Under the pieces are notes generated by a model, which made no database searches, was not told the origin of the DNA, and saw only the letters and a program-made list of their open reading frames with translations. Source: an uncultured Thermoplasmata archaeon (GTDB lineage: Archaea > Thermoplasmatota > Thermoplasmata > Lutacidiplasmatales > UBA184). From it: a DNA stretch of 64,000 nt. Location: positions 500,610 through 564,609 of the forward strand of contig CAVYTM010000003.1 of NCBI GenBank assembly GCA_963771555.1. Reading direction: 5' to 3'. Shown piece by piece: positions 21,447 to 30,687 of the stretch. Positions within the stretch are counted from its first letter, which is position 1. Every line of letters begins with the position of its first letter. Position numbers and translations under genes: made by a program.

Positions 21447-22484
21447 TCAATGGTACGTGTCGAATCGGTACGGTTCGACCGGAAGTTCGCCGAGCGCCAT
21501 GAGGAACTCGGGCGGGGTCAGGATCGGCCGGGGGTAGTTGCTGCCGTCGTCGAGCGCGATCCGCGGGCACGCGGTATTGACGTACGCGTCGAACGCGCGC
21601 CCCTCGAGGTCCCGGCCGTCCAGACGGTCGAAGAGGAGGATCTCCGCATCCCAGCCCCGCGCCCGTGCCCTCTCTTGCAGGGCGAGCGCGGTCGGGCTTC
21701 GGTTCTGCCCGGCGAAGGTGGAAACCAGGATCCCCCACCGACGCGCGTCTCGAACTCCGGCCACCACGAGTTGGCGCTTCCGAATGAGGGCCCCGCGGTC
21801 GATGGGTGGCTCCAGCTCCCCCTGGAGAGGGTCGAGGGCGTGCACGGGACGGTCGACGGCGAAAGCGAGTCCGATGGGATGGAACTGTCCGGTTCCGAGG
21901 AAGAGGAAGGCATCCACCTGGCTCGCGATGGCCTCCGCTCCCGTGTAGTTGCATCCGAGCGCCTGAGCCGGGTACGCCAGGCGGCGGTCTCCGCTGCCGA
22001 CTCGGATTTCAAACCCGTGGCGTCCGAGAGCGGCCCGTAGCGGTTCCACCAGGTCGAGGTGTTGAACCGAAGCAACCAAACCGAGTCGTGGGGGAAGCTT
22101 TGCCTCGGCGACGATCTGGGCGAGGCGTTCCACATCGCCACCGGGATCTCGCACTTCCACGAAGAAGGTGGGTCGGGTGAGCGGGACGTTCGGTATCGGG
22201 GCATGTCCGAGGACCACCGCGAGGTCGGCCCGTGGTGCTTCGTCACGGGAGGGAAAGTCGCAAGCCCCGAAACAGGGGCGGGCTGCCAGGTCGACGGCGA
22301 CGCCCGTGGCATCGCGCAGCTGAGCCGCGAGGTCGTGCGCGTTGCGTACTAGCCCGGCCGGAATCTGGAGGATCACCCGCGTCGGCTTCGCCCCGCGGAT
22401 GGCATCCACGAGTTCCGGTCCTACCGTGGCGAACACTCGCGCGGCCGGTATCGGCGCGCGGGCGTCGGCGTGATCTTCCGCCAT
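21447..22484 (-). CDS. dph2: Diphthamide biosynthesis radical-SAM enzyme Dph2
   Basis: LQIPAGL, CFGACD, QALGC, YVNTACPRI..DD, ILTP.E (three Cys ligands); start moved to ATG at 22484. Confidence 0.92.
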   Translation of the reverse strand: MAEDHADARAPIPAARVFATVGPELVDAIRGAKPTRVILQIPAGLVRNAHDLAAQLRDATGVAVDLAARPCFGACDFPSRDEAPRADLAVVLGHAPIPNVPLTRPTFFVEVRDPGGDVERLAQIVAEAKLPPRLGLVASVQHLDLVEPLRAALGRHGFEIRVGSGDRRLAYPAQALGCNYTGAEAIASQVDAFLFLGTGQFHPIGLAFAVDRPVHALDPLQGELEPPIDRGALIRKRQLVVAGVRDARRWGILVSTFAGQNRSPTALALQERARARGWDAEILLFDRLDGRDLEGRAFDAYVNTACPRIALDDGSNYPRPILTPPEFLMALGELPVEPYRFDTYH

Positions 22485-22574
22485 CGAACGAAGACGGGGG
22501 GACGCGACTAAACGTTTGGGGCGGCCCGCCGGGGGGGAGGTCCCCCTCCTCGCCCTTCGGGTCGGACCCACTCG

Positions 22575-23024
22575 CTACGTCATCGTGGGGCGATTCACTA
22601 GGTACTCGCGGAGCCGTTCAACCGCCTTTTGATTGTCGTCGAAGTGGAGGTGCTCGAGGGCCGCTTCGGCGGAAACCCACTTTGCGAGTTCATGCTCGTG
22701 GCTGAGTCGAGGCTCGAACGAGCGCGGAACCTCGAGCGCGAAGGCGTGAAGTCGCCAGGTTTCCCCGTTATCGGCTCGGAACGGAACGTGCCAATCGAGG
22801 TCGATGAGCCGGTCCGGTCGGGCAACGAATCCGGTCTCTTCCTCGATCTCGCGACAAACGGCCGAAGGAAAGTCCGGATCGCTCGGCTCGACCTTCCCGC
22901 TCACGGGCACCCAAATCTGCCCGCGCGCCGGGGGTCGCCGAAAGAGGAGAAGCTCGAGAGGAGGAAACGCGAAGAGGTAGCCTTCGACGCACTCTTTCGA
23001 AACCGGACCCAACGGGTCGGTCAC
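22575..23024 (-). CDS. NUDIX hydrolase
   Basis: SGKVEPSD...AV.REI.EETG Nudix box, LSHEH. Confidence 0.85.
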   Translation of the reverse strand: MTDPLGPVSKECVEGYLFAFPPLELLLFRRPPARGQIWVPVSGKVEPSDPDFPSAVCREIEEETGFVARPDRLIDLDWHVPFRADNGETWRLHAFALEVPRSFEPRLSHEHELAKWVSAEAALEHLHFDDNQKAVERLREYLVNRPTMT

Positions 23025-23431
23025 TAACCCCCTCGGGAGAGGATTGCCAGGATCGCCTCCGCGGGGGCGCCCTTCGCTTGGAAGAGGGCCTCGATCGCCT
23101 CTTCGCGCGAAACGTTCGCCTGTTCCATGACGAGTCGGACGTCCTCCTCGGGGGGGCCACTCGGGGCGGCCGTGGTGGTCGTCGGGGCGGGCGAAGGGCT
23201 CGCAGGCAACGCGCCGGCCGTGCGCGGGCGGATCTCGGGGGTGCCGACCACCTGGTAGGTTCGGATTCCCTGGATCGTCATGATCGTCACCTCCGGCGAC
23301 CGGAAGACGTGATCCTTCGTCTTCGTCCGTACGATGACCTCCTCGACGTCCGGAACATCTTCCGTCGACATGCCGAGACGGCGCATCATGAGCTGCATCT
23401 GTTTCGGATTGCGGGGTCCGCCCGGGATCAT
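23024..23431 (-). CDS. nac: Nascent polypeptide-associated complex protein
   Basis: NPKQM..MMRRLG, VEEVIV, C-terminal UBA (EDV.LVMEQANVS.EEA); start moved to ATG at 23431. Confidence 0.92.
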   Translation of the reverse strand: MIPGGPRNPKQMQLMMRRLGMSTEDVPDVEEVIVRTKTKDHVFRSPEVTIMTIQGIRTYQVVGTPEIRPRTAGALPASPSPAPTTTTAAPSGPPEEDVRLVMEQANVSREEAIEALFQAKGAPAEAILAILSRGG

Positions 23432-23444
23432 GGATCCTCCTCGA

Positions 23445-24695
23445 CTACGAGTCGTCGTCCCCCGAAGCCGCTCGGATCTTCGCCTCGAGGTCGGGGTCCT
23501 CGAAGGTCGCATCGTCCGCTTCCGGAGGGAGGCCACGGCGCCGGCCCCGTCCGCGGGGGGTCTCGCTGACGCGCCGGGCTTGTGCGACCAGCTCGTCGAG
23601 CAGTCCGGCAACACCGGCCATCAAGTTCCAGCCCGTGTGGGAGGCGTAGAAGATCCGTCCCTGTTCGGTGAAGAGCCGTGCCTCGACCGTCAGGTCGTTC
23701 GTGCGGTGGGTGCCTTGCGGAGCGAAGTGGAGGGTGAGCAACGTGGGGCGGGCGTACCGTGCGATCCGGTGAAGGCCCTTCGCCACGCCTCCGTCGATCT
23801 CGGAGAGGAGGCCGGGGTCGGCCGAGCCGCGAAGACCCGTGATTTCGACGTAGACATTCTCGATGCCCTCGCGGGTCGCGCCCGGTCGTGCCCGAGAGAT
23901 CGCGAGGCTCAGGAGGTCGGCCTGGCCGACCACCCGCGTCGGTCGGCCGTCCTCGACAACGAAGACGCTCGACACCTTCTCCCGGGTCATCACCCGCGCC
24001 GCGTCGAGGGCGGGCGTGCCGAGAGGCACCGTGACCGCGGGAGAATGCATGACCGATCGAACCTCGACCTCGAGGCTCGTCCGGTTCGCGCGAGCGTCGC
24101 GCTTGCCGCCTTGGATCGGACGCCCGAGTACTTCGCCGAGGTCGGCGATCCCGACCGCGCCGACGATCCGACCCTTTCGGTCGACGACCGGGAGCGGATG
24201 TTCTTCGAGAAGGCGAAGTTGGGTGACCAGGTTCCGGCATTGTTCGTTCTCGCGGATGACCTCGCCGGTCGATCGCGCAATCTCTTCGACGTTCGGCCCG
24301 TCGCCCGAACGAAGGATGGCGAGACCGGGCATCGCGCGCACGAGGTCGGTGCGACTGATGATGCCGAGAAGCTCGCCGCGTCGGCCCACGACCGGGGCCC
24401 CGCGCATGCCGGTCGCGAGAAGCTGCTCCGCGACCTCCGGGAACGGAGTGGTCGGAAGAATGAGCGGAGGGACGATGAGGAGGTGCTCCACTTTGGTGGA
24501 CAGCGACCAGCGGCCTCGCCGCGCGATCGATTCGATCGTGACCATCCCGATCAATCGAGTGTTCCGGAGCACCGGGATCTGATGGTAACGGTGCGAACGC
24601 ATCAGACCGAGCGCCGTCGAGATCAGTGCGTCGTGCGGAAGCGTCACCGGGCGGGTGGTCATGAGGTCGCCCGCGGTGGGCCAAGCGGTGGGCAT
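23445..24695 (-). CDS. Four-CBS-domain protein with C-terminal HPF/RaiA-like domain
   Basis: Four CBS repeats followed by about 100 aa beta-alpha-beta-beta-beta-alpha pattern (VYVEITG..TVEARLFT..FYAS..WNL....GLLDEL). Confidence 0.7.
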   Translation of the reverse strand: MPTAWPTAGDLMTTRPVTLPHDALISTALGLMRSHRYHQIPVLRNTRLIGMVTIESIARRGRWSLSTKVEHLLIVPPLILPTTPFPEVAEQLLATGMRGAPVVGRRGELLGIISRTDLVRAMPGLAILRSGDGPNVEEIARSTGEVIRENEQCRNLVTQLRLLEEHPLPVVDRKGRIVGAVGIADLGEVLGRPIQGGKRDARANRTSLEVEVRSVMHSPAVTVPLGTPALDAARVMTREKVSSVFVVEDGRPTRVVGQADLLSLAISRARPGATREGIENVYVEITGLRGSADPGLLSEIDGGVAKGLHRIARYARPTLLTLHFAPQGTHRTNDLTVEARLFTEQGRIFYASHTGWNLMAGVAGLLDELVAQARRVSETPRGRGRRRGLPPEADDATFEDPDLEAKIRAASGDDDS

Positions 24696-24752
24696 AGGTG
24701 GGGGGCACCCTGAGGGGAGGCTTTGAAGCCTACGGGTCGACGAGCAGCGCTC

Positions 24753-25259
24753 TCAGGGAAGGTCGCGGGCCATCTGGTAGCCGTTCTCGCCGTCCGAGTA
24801 GTACGACCGCAAAAGGTCGACCACGGAGAATTGGTACCGGGAATAGAAACGGATCGCGGTCGCGTTCGAGACCCGGACCTCGAGCGTCACCCGTCGGAAG
24901 CCCCGCGCGCGGCATCGGTCGAGGAACGTGCTCATGAGGAGCGTTCCGACGCCCTGCATGCGTTGGCGGCGCTCGACCGCGAACATCAGGATCCGCGCCT
25001 CCCCCTCTACTTGATTCACGCCGAGCAGGAATCCGACCGGAACGTCGGAGGCATCGGCGGTGACGAGGAATCCCTTCGGCCACTCGGTCGAGAGCGAGCT
25101 GTAGAGCGACGGGTCGTAGTGCTCGTGGAGCGCCTCCGCGACGATCGCTCCGACGAACGGGACGTCACTGTAGCGAAACTCCCGGAGCGTCACCGGGGGA
25201 CGCGCGTCCGGTGGGAGGGCCGCCGAGGGGCCCATCGCCGAATCAGCGATACATCTCAC
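24753..25259 (-). CDS. RimI/Ard1-like GNAT N-acetyltransferase
   Basis: FAV....R.QGVG..LM, LEVRVSN..AI.FY, YY.DGE.GY.M. Confidence 0.88.
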   Translation of the reverse strand: MRCIADSAMGPSAALPPDARPPVTLREFRYSDVPFVGAIVAEALHEHYDPSLYSSLSTEWPKGFLVTADASDVPVGFLLGVNQVEGEARILMFAVERRQRMQGVGTLLMSTFLDRCRARGFRRVTLEVRVSNATAIRFYSRYQFSVVDLLRSYYSDGENGYQMARDLP

Positions 25260-26019
25260 CCGGCCCTTCCGGCTCCGCGTTGCGCATGCTGGCCATCGAA
25301 TCCCGCGTCTGCTGGAGCGTTTTTCGCACCTCGGACTCGATCTGCCGCGCTTTGTCCCGAAGCGGCTTCGTGTCGAGAACGAGCAACGGCACGAGCGGGT
25401 TGATCGTCTCGATCACCTTCGCCGCCGCTCGCGCGTCGGGATAGTCCTTGTGCGCCTGGGCAACCAGGCACAGGACCGGGGTCGTACGCGCGATCGCTCC
25501 GAGGAGCAGCCCCCCCGCGAGGCCGGTCACGACCCCGCTCGCCGCGTCGAAGCGATATTTTTCGAGCAGGGGCGCGGCCGCCCGGTTCGCCATCGCGACC
25601 ACCCGGGCGTCACCGCGTGCCTCGCCCTCGATCGGTTGGCCCTCCACGGCTACGACGAGCTGGATCCCCTTCTCTTCTGCCCAGTCGAGGAGCGCGCGGC
25701 CGATCGCGTTCAGCATCGTGGGTGGGGGCTGGATGTCCGAGAGAACGACCAAGAGCTGGTCGCACGACCGGTCGACGCCACAGACCAGCTTGCTCGCGTA
25801 GAATCGCACGGGGGCGCTCACGACCCCCTCCTCCATGATGACGGTCGGCGGGAACTCCTCGCTGATCATGTAGGCCACGAGCGTCATGTCGAGCGAATGA
25901 ACGAGGTACGAGGCAGCGACCGAACCGACGAGGCCATGGGTCGGGAATCCGACCACCATCATCGCGCCGCGCAGTGGTTCGTCGCGGGTGTCGACGATGC
26001 GGAGGTCCGACGCCGCCAT
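25243..26019 (-). CDS. Proteasome assembly chaperone (PAC2) family
   Basis: GFPTHGLVG..AA.YL, G..GGLL, YPDARAAA motifs. Confidence 0.85.
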   Translation of the reverse strand: MAASDLRIVDTRDEPLRGAMMVVGFPTHGLVGSVAASYLVHSLDMTLVAYMISEEFPPTVIMEEGVVSAPVRFYASKLVCGVDRSCDQLLVVLSDIQPPPTMLNAIGRALLDWAEEKGIQLVVAVEGQPIEGEARGDARVVAMANRAAAPLLEKYRFDAASGVVTGLAGGLLLGAIARTTPVLCLVAQAHKDYPDARAAAKVIETINPLVPLLVLDTKPLRDKARQIESEVRKTLQQTRDSMASMRNAEPEGPGEMYR

Positions 26020-26143
26020 CTGAACCGGTCCTGAGCGCCCCTCGAGGAAGAGCCACCCCCGCTGCGTTTATGGTGCTTTGGGCCGAAGAGCACTCGGTCC
26101 GTTTTCCTTTTAACCCGACCCCTCCATGTAATCGCCGCCCCGC

Positions 26144-27394
26144 ATGAAGGTCCTGATTACGGGCGTGGACGGCTACTCCGGGTGGCCGCTCGCCCTCCAT
26201 CTGCTATCCCGCGGCCACGAAGTGGTCGGCCTCGACAACTTCGTCACTCGACGCCGGGTGAACGAGGTCGGCTCCTGGTCGGCGACACCGATCCCCTCCT
26301 TCCCGAACCGACAACAGGCCGTACGCGAACTCCTCGGAAAGGAGCTCGGCTTCCACCGAGGCGACCTCGGGGATTACGAGTTCGTCCACCGCGTTCTCGC
26401 CCTTGAGAAGCCGGAGGCGATCGTCCACCTCGCGGAGCAGCGGAGCGCACCGTACTCGATGATCGACGTTCACCACGCGGTCACGACCCAGGTCGAGAAC
26501 CTCACCGGTACGCTCCACCTCCTCTACGCGATGCGCGACACCTGCCCCAACGCGCATCTCGTGAAGATGGGGACGATGGGAGAATACGGGACCCCGAACA
26601 CCGACATCCCCGAGGGATTCTTCGAGATGGAGTTCCGGGGCCGCAAGGACCGCGCCCCGTTCCCGCGCCAGGCGGGTTCGTGGTATCACTGGAGCAAGGT
26701 CTTCGACTCGGGCGACGTCATGTTCGCGTCCAAGATCTGGGGCCAGGCAGCCACCGACGTGATGCAGGGCGTCATTTACGGGATACGGACGCCCGAGATC
26801 ACCGACCGCCGGCTCTTGACCCGGTTCGACTTCGACGAGACCTGGGGCACGGCACTCAACCGATTCATCGCCCAGGCCGTCCTCGGCCTTCCGATCACGC
26901 CCTACGGGAAGGGGGAACAACGCCGAGGGTTCATCGCGCTCGAGGACTCGATGCAGTCGCTCCGCCTCGCCGTGGAGAATCCCGCCGGCCCCGGAGAGTA
27001 TCGGGTGTTCAACCAGTTCGATGCAGCGTACTCCGTCAACGAGCTGGCCGAGATCACGGCCCGTGTTGCGAAGGAGTTCGGTCGCTCTCCCGTCATCGAG
27101 CACCCGCCCGACCCCCGGGTCGAGGCGGAGCAGCACTACTACAACCCGATCCACGAGCACCTCCCGGCGCTCGGCTACCGACGAACGCGGGAACTCGAGG
27201 ACGTCGTGCGGGAGATCTTCCACGACCTCGTCCATTTCCGGCGTCGACTCGAGGCGAAGCGGAACGTCGTTCTGCCCACCGTGCAGTGGCGCTCGGTCGA
27301 TAGCCGCCCGGCGATCCTCGCCCGCACCGCGCCTTCCGCGGCTCCGCCTTCGGCCGGATCGTCCGAATCGACCTCCGAGGGCCCCCCGGCCTAG
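26144..27394 (+). CDS. agl3: UDP-sulfoquinovose synthase (Agl3/SqdB family)
   Basis: GVDGYSGWP, HLAEQRSAPYSM, KMGTMGEYGTP, GSWYHWSK, RFDFDE.WGTALNRF, HYYNP. Confidence 0.92.
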   Translation: MKVLITGVDGYSGWPLALHLLSRGHEVVGLDNFVTRRRVNEVGSWSATPIPSFPNRQQAVRELLGKELGFHRGDLGDYEFVHRVLALEKPEAIVHLAEQRSAPYSMIDVHHAVTTQVENLTGTLHLLYAMRDTCPNAHLVKMGTMGEYGTPNTDIPEGFFEMEFRGRKDRAPFPRQAGSWYHWSKVFDSGDVMFASKIWGQAATDVMQGVIYGIRTPEITDRRLLTRFDFDETWGTALNRFIAQAVLGLPITPYGKGEQRRGFIALEDSMQSLRLAVENPAGPGEYRVFNQFDAAYSVNELAEITARVAKEFGRSPVIEHPPDPRVEAEQHYYNPIHEHLPALGYRRTRELEDVVREIFHDLVHFRRRLEAKRNVVLPTVQWRSVDSRPAILARTAPSAAPPSAGSSESTSEGPPA

Positions 27395-27401
27395 GCACGC
27401 C

Positions 27402-28286
27402 ATGGAGGCGGTCGTCACTCTCGCGGGGGAAGGGACCCGCATGCTCCCGTGGAGCCGGGGGCTCCGCAAGGAATTCCTGCCGCTCTACGACCGGGGCGGC
27501 GACGACCGTCCGGTGCTGAAACCGGTCGCGCACCTCGTGGTCGAGCAGCTGGTCGCCGCGGGCGCGTTCCACCTCACGATCGTTCATCAGCCGCGGGATG
27601 CGGCCGTCGTGCACAACTACTTCACCGTCGACCCGAAATTCCTGCCGCGCCACCGCGGGCCTCGGGCGGCCGAGACCCGACGGTTCTACGACACGCTGAG
27701 CCGGCTCCGGGTCAGCTTCGTGGTTCAGCCGCGGCCCGCCGGATTCGGCGATGCCGTGGCCCGCGCGAAGGGTTCCGTCGGGGGCCAGCGGTTCTTTCTG
27801 CACGCCGGCGACGCAATCCTCCTCGAACCCCACCGGGGACGCCTCTTGCGGGCGATGGGAGCTCTCCTCGAACGGGACGGTTTGGACGCGGTCCTCCTCG
27901 TCCGAAAGGTCGCTGACCCGCGTCGCTACGGCGTCGTCGAGGGTCGGGCGGGCCCCTCGGTGCACGGGATCCGTCGACTCGATGTCAGCGCGATGGTCGA
28001 GAAACCCGAGCGGCCGAAATCCCACTGGGCGGCGACGGCGGTCTACGCCTTCCATCCGTCGATCTTCGCCGCGCTCGAGAAGGTCCGCACGGCGCGCCAC
28101 CCAAAGGAGCTCGAGGTCACGGATGGGATCCGGTCCCTCCTCGCGAACGGCGGACGTGTGGCGAGCCTCGTCCTCACTCCGCGGACCGGCGAGTGGTGGT
28201 CCGTCGGTTCGCCCGAGGGATTTGGACGAGCGCTCGCGCGGACCCACACGGTCGCCGCGCGTCCCCCGGCTCAACCGAACGATTAA
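27402..28286 (+). CDS. Sugar-1-phosphate nucleotidyltransferase (GalU-like)
   Basis: AG.GTRMLP....KEFLP, QP.P.GFGDAV, MVEKP; ATG at 27402. Confidence 0.82.
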   Translation: MEAVVTLAGEGTRMLPWSRGLRKEFLPLYDRGGDDRPVLKPVAHLVVEQLVAAGAFHLTIVHQPRDAAVVHNYFTVDPKFLPRHRGPRAAETRRFYDTLSRLRVSFVVQPRPAGFGDAVARAKGSVGGQRFFLHAGDAILLEPHRGRLLRAMGALLERDGLDAVLLVRKVADPRRYGVVEGRAGPSVHGIRRLDVSAMVEKPERPKSHWAATAVYAFHPSIFAALEKVRTARHPKELEVTDGIRSLLANGGRVASLVLTPRTGEWWSVGSPEGFGRALARTHTVAARPPAQPND

Positions 28287-28358
28287 AGCGCGTCCGAGCC
28301 TTCTGGGAGAGAGCTCATCACCCGTTCCGGGCACGAACGGCGAGAGGGTACTGTTTCA

Positions 28359-29438
28359 ATGAAACGCCAGATGGTCGACATGCTCTCCGAGCTTGTCAAG
28401 ATCCCGAGCGACCCGTTTTCGGACAAGCAGGAGGTGCTCGACTACGTGCAGTCGTTCACCGACCAGATCCACATGCGCAACACGCTGTTTGGGGACCCCC
28501 AGGCCCCGGCGTTGCTCGCCGAGTTCGGCCAGGGAGGTGTCGTGCTCTCCGGACACCTCGACACACCTCCGGTCGGTGACTACTGGAGCTTCTCCCAGAG
28601 CCAGCTCGCGTCCGGCCGGATGTACGGTCGCGGTGCCGCGGACATGAAAGGCACCGTGGTCGCGATGCTCGACGCAGCGCAGGACCTGGTCGCTCGCAAG
28701 ATCCCGGTCGTCCTCGCCTTTACCACCGACGAGGAAACGTCCATGCAAGGGGCGATGGCCCTCGCGAAGACACTGCCGCTACGTCGCGCGAAGGCGGTCG
28801 TCGTGGGGGAACCGACCGGCCTGCGCGTGGCCTACGCTGAGAAGGGCGTCCTCGACCTCGCGATCGAGACGAGAGGCAAGGCTGCCCACGGCGCGATGCC
28901 TCATCTCGGCGAGAACGCGATCGGCAAGATGATGCGAATCCTCCGTGGCCTCGAATCGTTCAAGGGACGCATCGCGCACCCCGAGCTCGGAATGGTGACC
29001 CTGAACATCGGCACGTTCGTCGGCGGCACGCGCATCAACGTCGTTCCGAACAAGTGCACCTCCGAGGTCGACATCCGATTCCCGCCTCCGTACACTCCCG
29101 ACCAGCTCTACCACGAAATCGAGGAGCACCTCCGGCGGATCAAGACCCCGTTCACGCTCCGCCGGATCCTCACGATGCCGGCCGTCCAGATCGACCCGAA
29201 CTCGGAGCACGTGAAGGTCCTCCGCGATGTCGCCCAGGCCGAGACCACGGTGCTGGTCCATGCGTCGGAGGCGGTCCACTATACGCAGGTGAACCCACGC
29301 GTCGTCATCTTCGGCGCCGGTGAGGAAGAGCTCTCGCACCAAGCGAACGAGTACGTCAAGATCGAGTCGGTCGCCCGCGCCACGGAGGTCTACAAGAAGT
29401 ACGCTCAGCGCCTTGCCTCCATGCGAACGCTCTCGTGA
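28359..29438 (+). CDS. M20 metallopeptidase (ArgE/DapE family)
   Basis: SGHLDT, YGRGAADMKG, DEE, GEPT, G..AHG. Confidence 0.88.
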   Translation: MKRQMVDMLSELVKIPSDPFSDKQEVLDYVQSFTDQIHMRNTLFGDPQAPALLAEFGQGGVVLSGHLDTPPVGDYWSFSQSQLASGRMYGRGAADMKGTVVAMLDAAQDLVARKIPVVLAFTTDEETSMQGAMALAKTLPLRRAKAVVVGEPTGLRVAYAEKGVLDLAIETRGKAAHGAMPHLGENAIGKMMRILRGLESFKGRIAHPELGMVTLNIGTFVGGTRINVVPNKCTSEVDIRFPPPYTPDQLYHEIEEHLRRIKTPFTLRRILTMPAVQIDPNSEHVKVLRDVAQAETTVLVHASEAVHYTQVNPRVVIFGAGEEELSHQANEYVKIESVARATEVYKKYAQRLASMRTLS

Positions 29439-29502
29439 GCGTGCGGCGGCCATCGATTCCTGCGACCGGACCGTCAAGTAAGGGGAACGCTACGCTGTCG
29501 CC

Positions 29503-30687
29503 GTGAAGGTCGCTCAGCTCGCGACCCGCTACCCGCCCGCGCCGGGCGGCGTCGAGCAGCATGTCGCCGAGATCGCGCCCCGTCTTCATGCCCGCGGACA
29601 CGCGGTCGACGTCTACACGAGCGAACTCTACCGCGAGTTCCCGGCGATGCAGCGATTCGGTCCCGAGGTCCCGCGCGAGGAGAGGACCTCCTTCGGAGCG
29701 GTCCACCGGCTGCCGGTCTGGTCGTTTCCCGGAGAGCTCCACTACACGTTCTTTCGCGGGCTCCACCAGGCGCTCGCGCGGGACCGACCCGAGGTCGTGC
29801 ACGCTCACACCTACGGCACGAACCAGGTGGCGGCCGCGAACCGCCACCATCGCCGGTTCGGCACCCCCTTCGTGCTGACCGCCCACTTCCATCCCATCTG
29901 GTCGATCGAGGGAGGCTGGTTCCGTCGTCGCCTCCGGAGCTTCTACGACCGCTCGATCGCGGGAGGTGTCGTGCAGGGAGCCTCCCGTATCATCGTCCAG
30001 ACGCACGAGGAAGAGCGCTTGCTCCGCTCGCTCGGCCTCCCGCTTCCTCCGCTCGAGATCATTCCGCCGGGCTACCGACCTCTTCCTCCTCCGGGCCCGG
30101 GAACTCCATCGTTCGCCGAGAAGTACCGCATTCCCGGGCCGTTTGTGCTCTTCGTAGGGAGACTCGCCTCGAACAAGGGCCTGCTCGACCTCGCCGAGGC
30201 GTTCGCGGTCGTCGCGAAGAGCGACCGCTCGGCCCAGCTCGTCGTCGTCGGCGAGGACGGAGGCCAGCGCGCGCCCCTCCAGGCGCGGGTGAAAGCCCTG
30301 GGCGTCTCCGACCGGGTCCATCTGGTGGGCCACGTCGAGGGCGACGCCCTCCTTTCCGCCGCGTACCGGGAAGCGCGCCTCACGGTCCTGCCGAGCGAAT
30401 ACGAGGCGTTCGGACTCGTGCTTCTCGAGTCCCTGGCGGCCGGCACTCCGGTCGTCGCCTCCCGCGTCGGTGGGATCCCTGAGTTCGTGGAGGATGGTAA
30501 GGCAGGCCTCCTCGTTCCTCCGAAGTCGCCCCACGAACTCGCCGCGGCCATCTCGCAGGTTTGGTCGGACCGGGACCTCGCCCATCGACTGGGGGAGTAC
30601 GGGCGCGATCACGTGGTCCCTCGCTACATGTGGGAAGCGCTCGTCGACCGACTGGACGGGCTGTACCGGGAGGTCACGCACCGGTGA
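29503..30687 (+). CDS. Glycosyltransferase family 4
   Basis: FVGRL..NKG, PS..EAFGLVLLES.A.G.PVV. Confidence 0.9.
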   Translation: MKVAQLATRYPPAPGGVEQHVAEIAPRLHARGHAVDVYTSELYREFPAMQRFGPEVPREERTSFGAVHRLPVWSFPGELHYTFFRGLHQALARDRPEVVHAHTYGTNQVAAANRHHRRFGTPFVLTAHFHPIWSIEGGWFRRRLRSFYDRSIAGGVVQGASRIIVQTHEEERLLRSLGLPLPPLEIIPPGYRPLPPPGPGTPSFAEKYRIPGPFVLFVGRLASNKGLLDLAEAFAVVAKSDRSAQLVVVGEDGGQRAPLQARVKALGVSDRVHLVGHVEGDALLSAAYREARLTVLPSEYEAFGLVLLESLAAGTPVVASRVGGIPEFVEDGKAGLLVPPKSPHELAAAISQVWSDRDLAHRLGEYGRDHVVPRYMWEALVDRLDGLYREVTHR

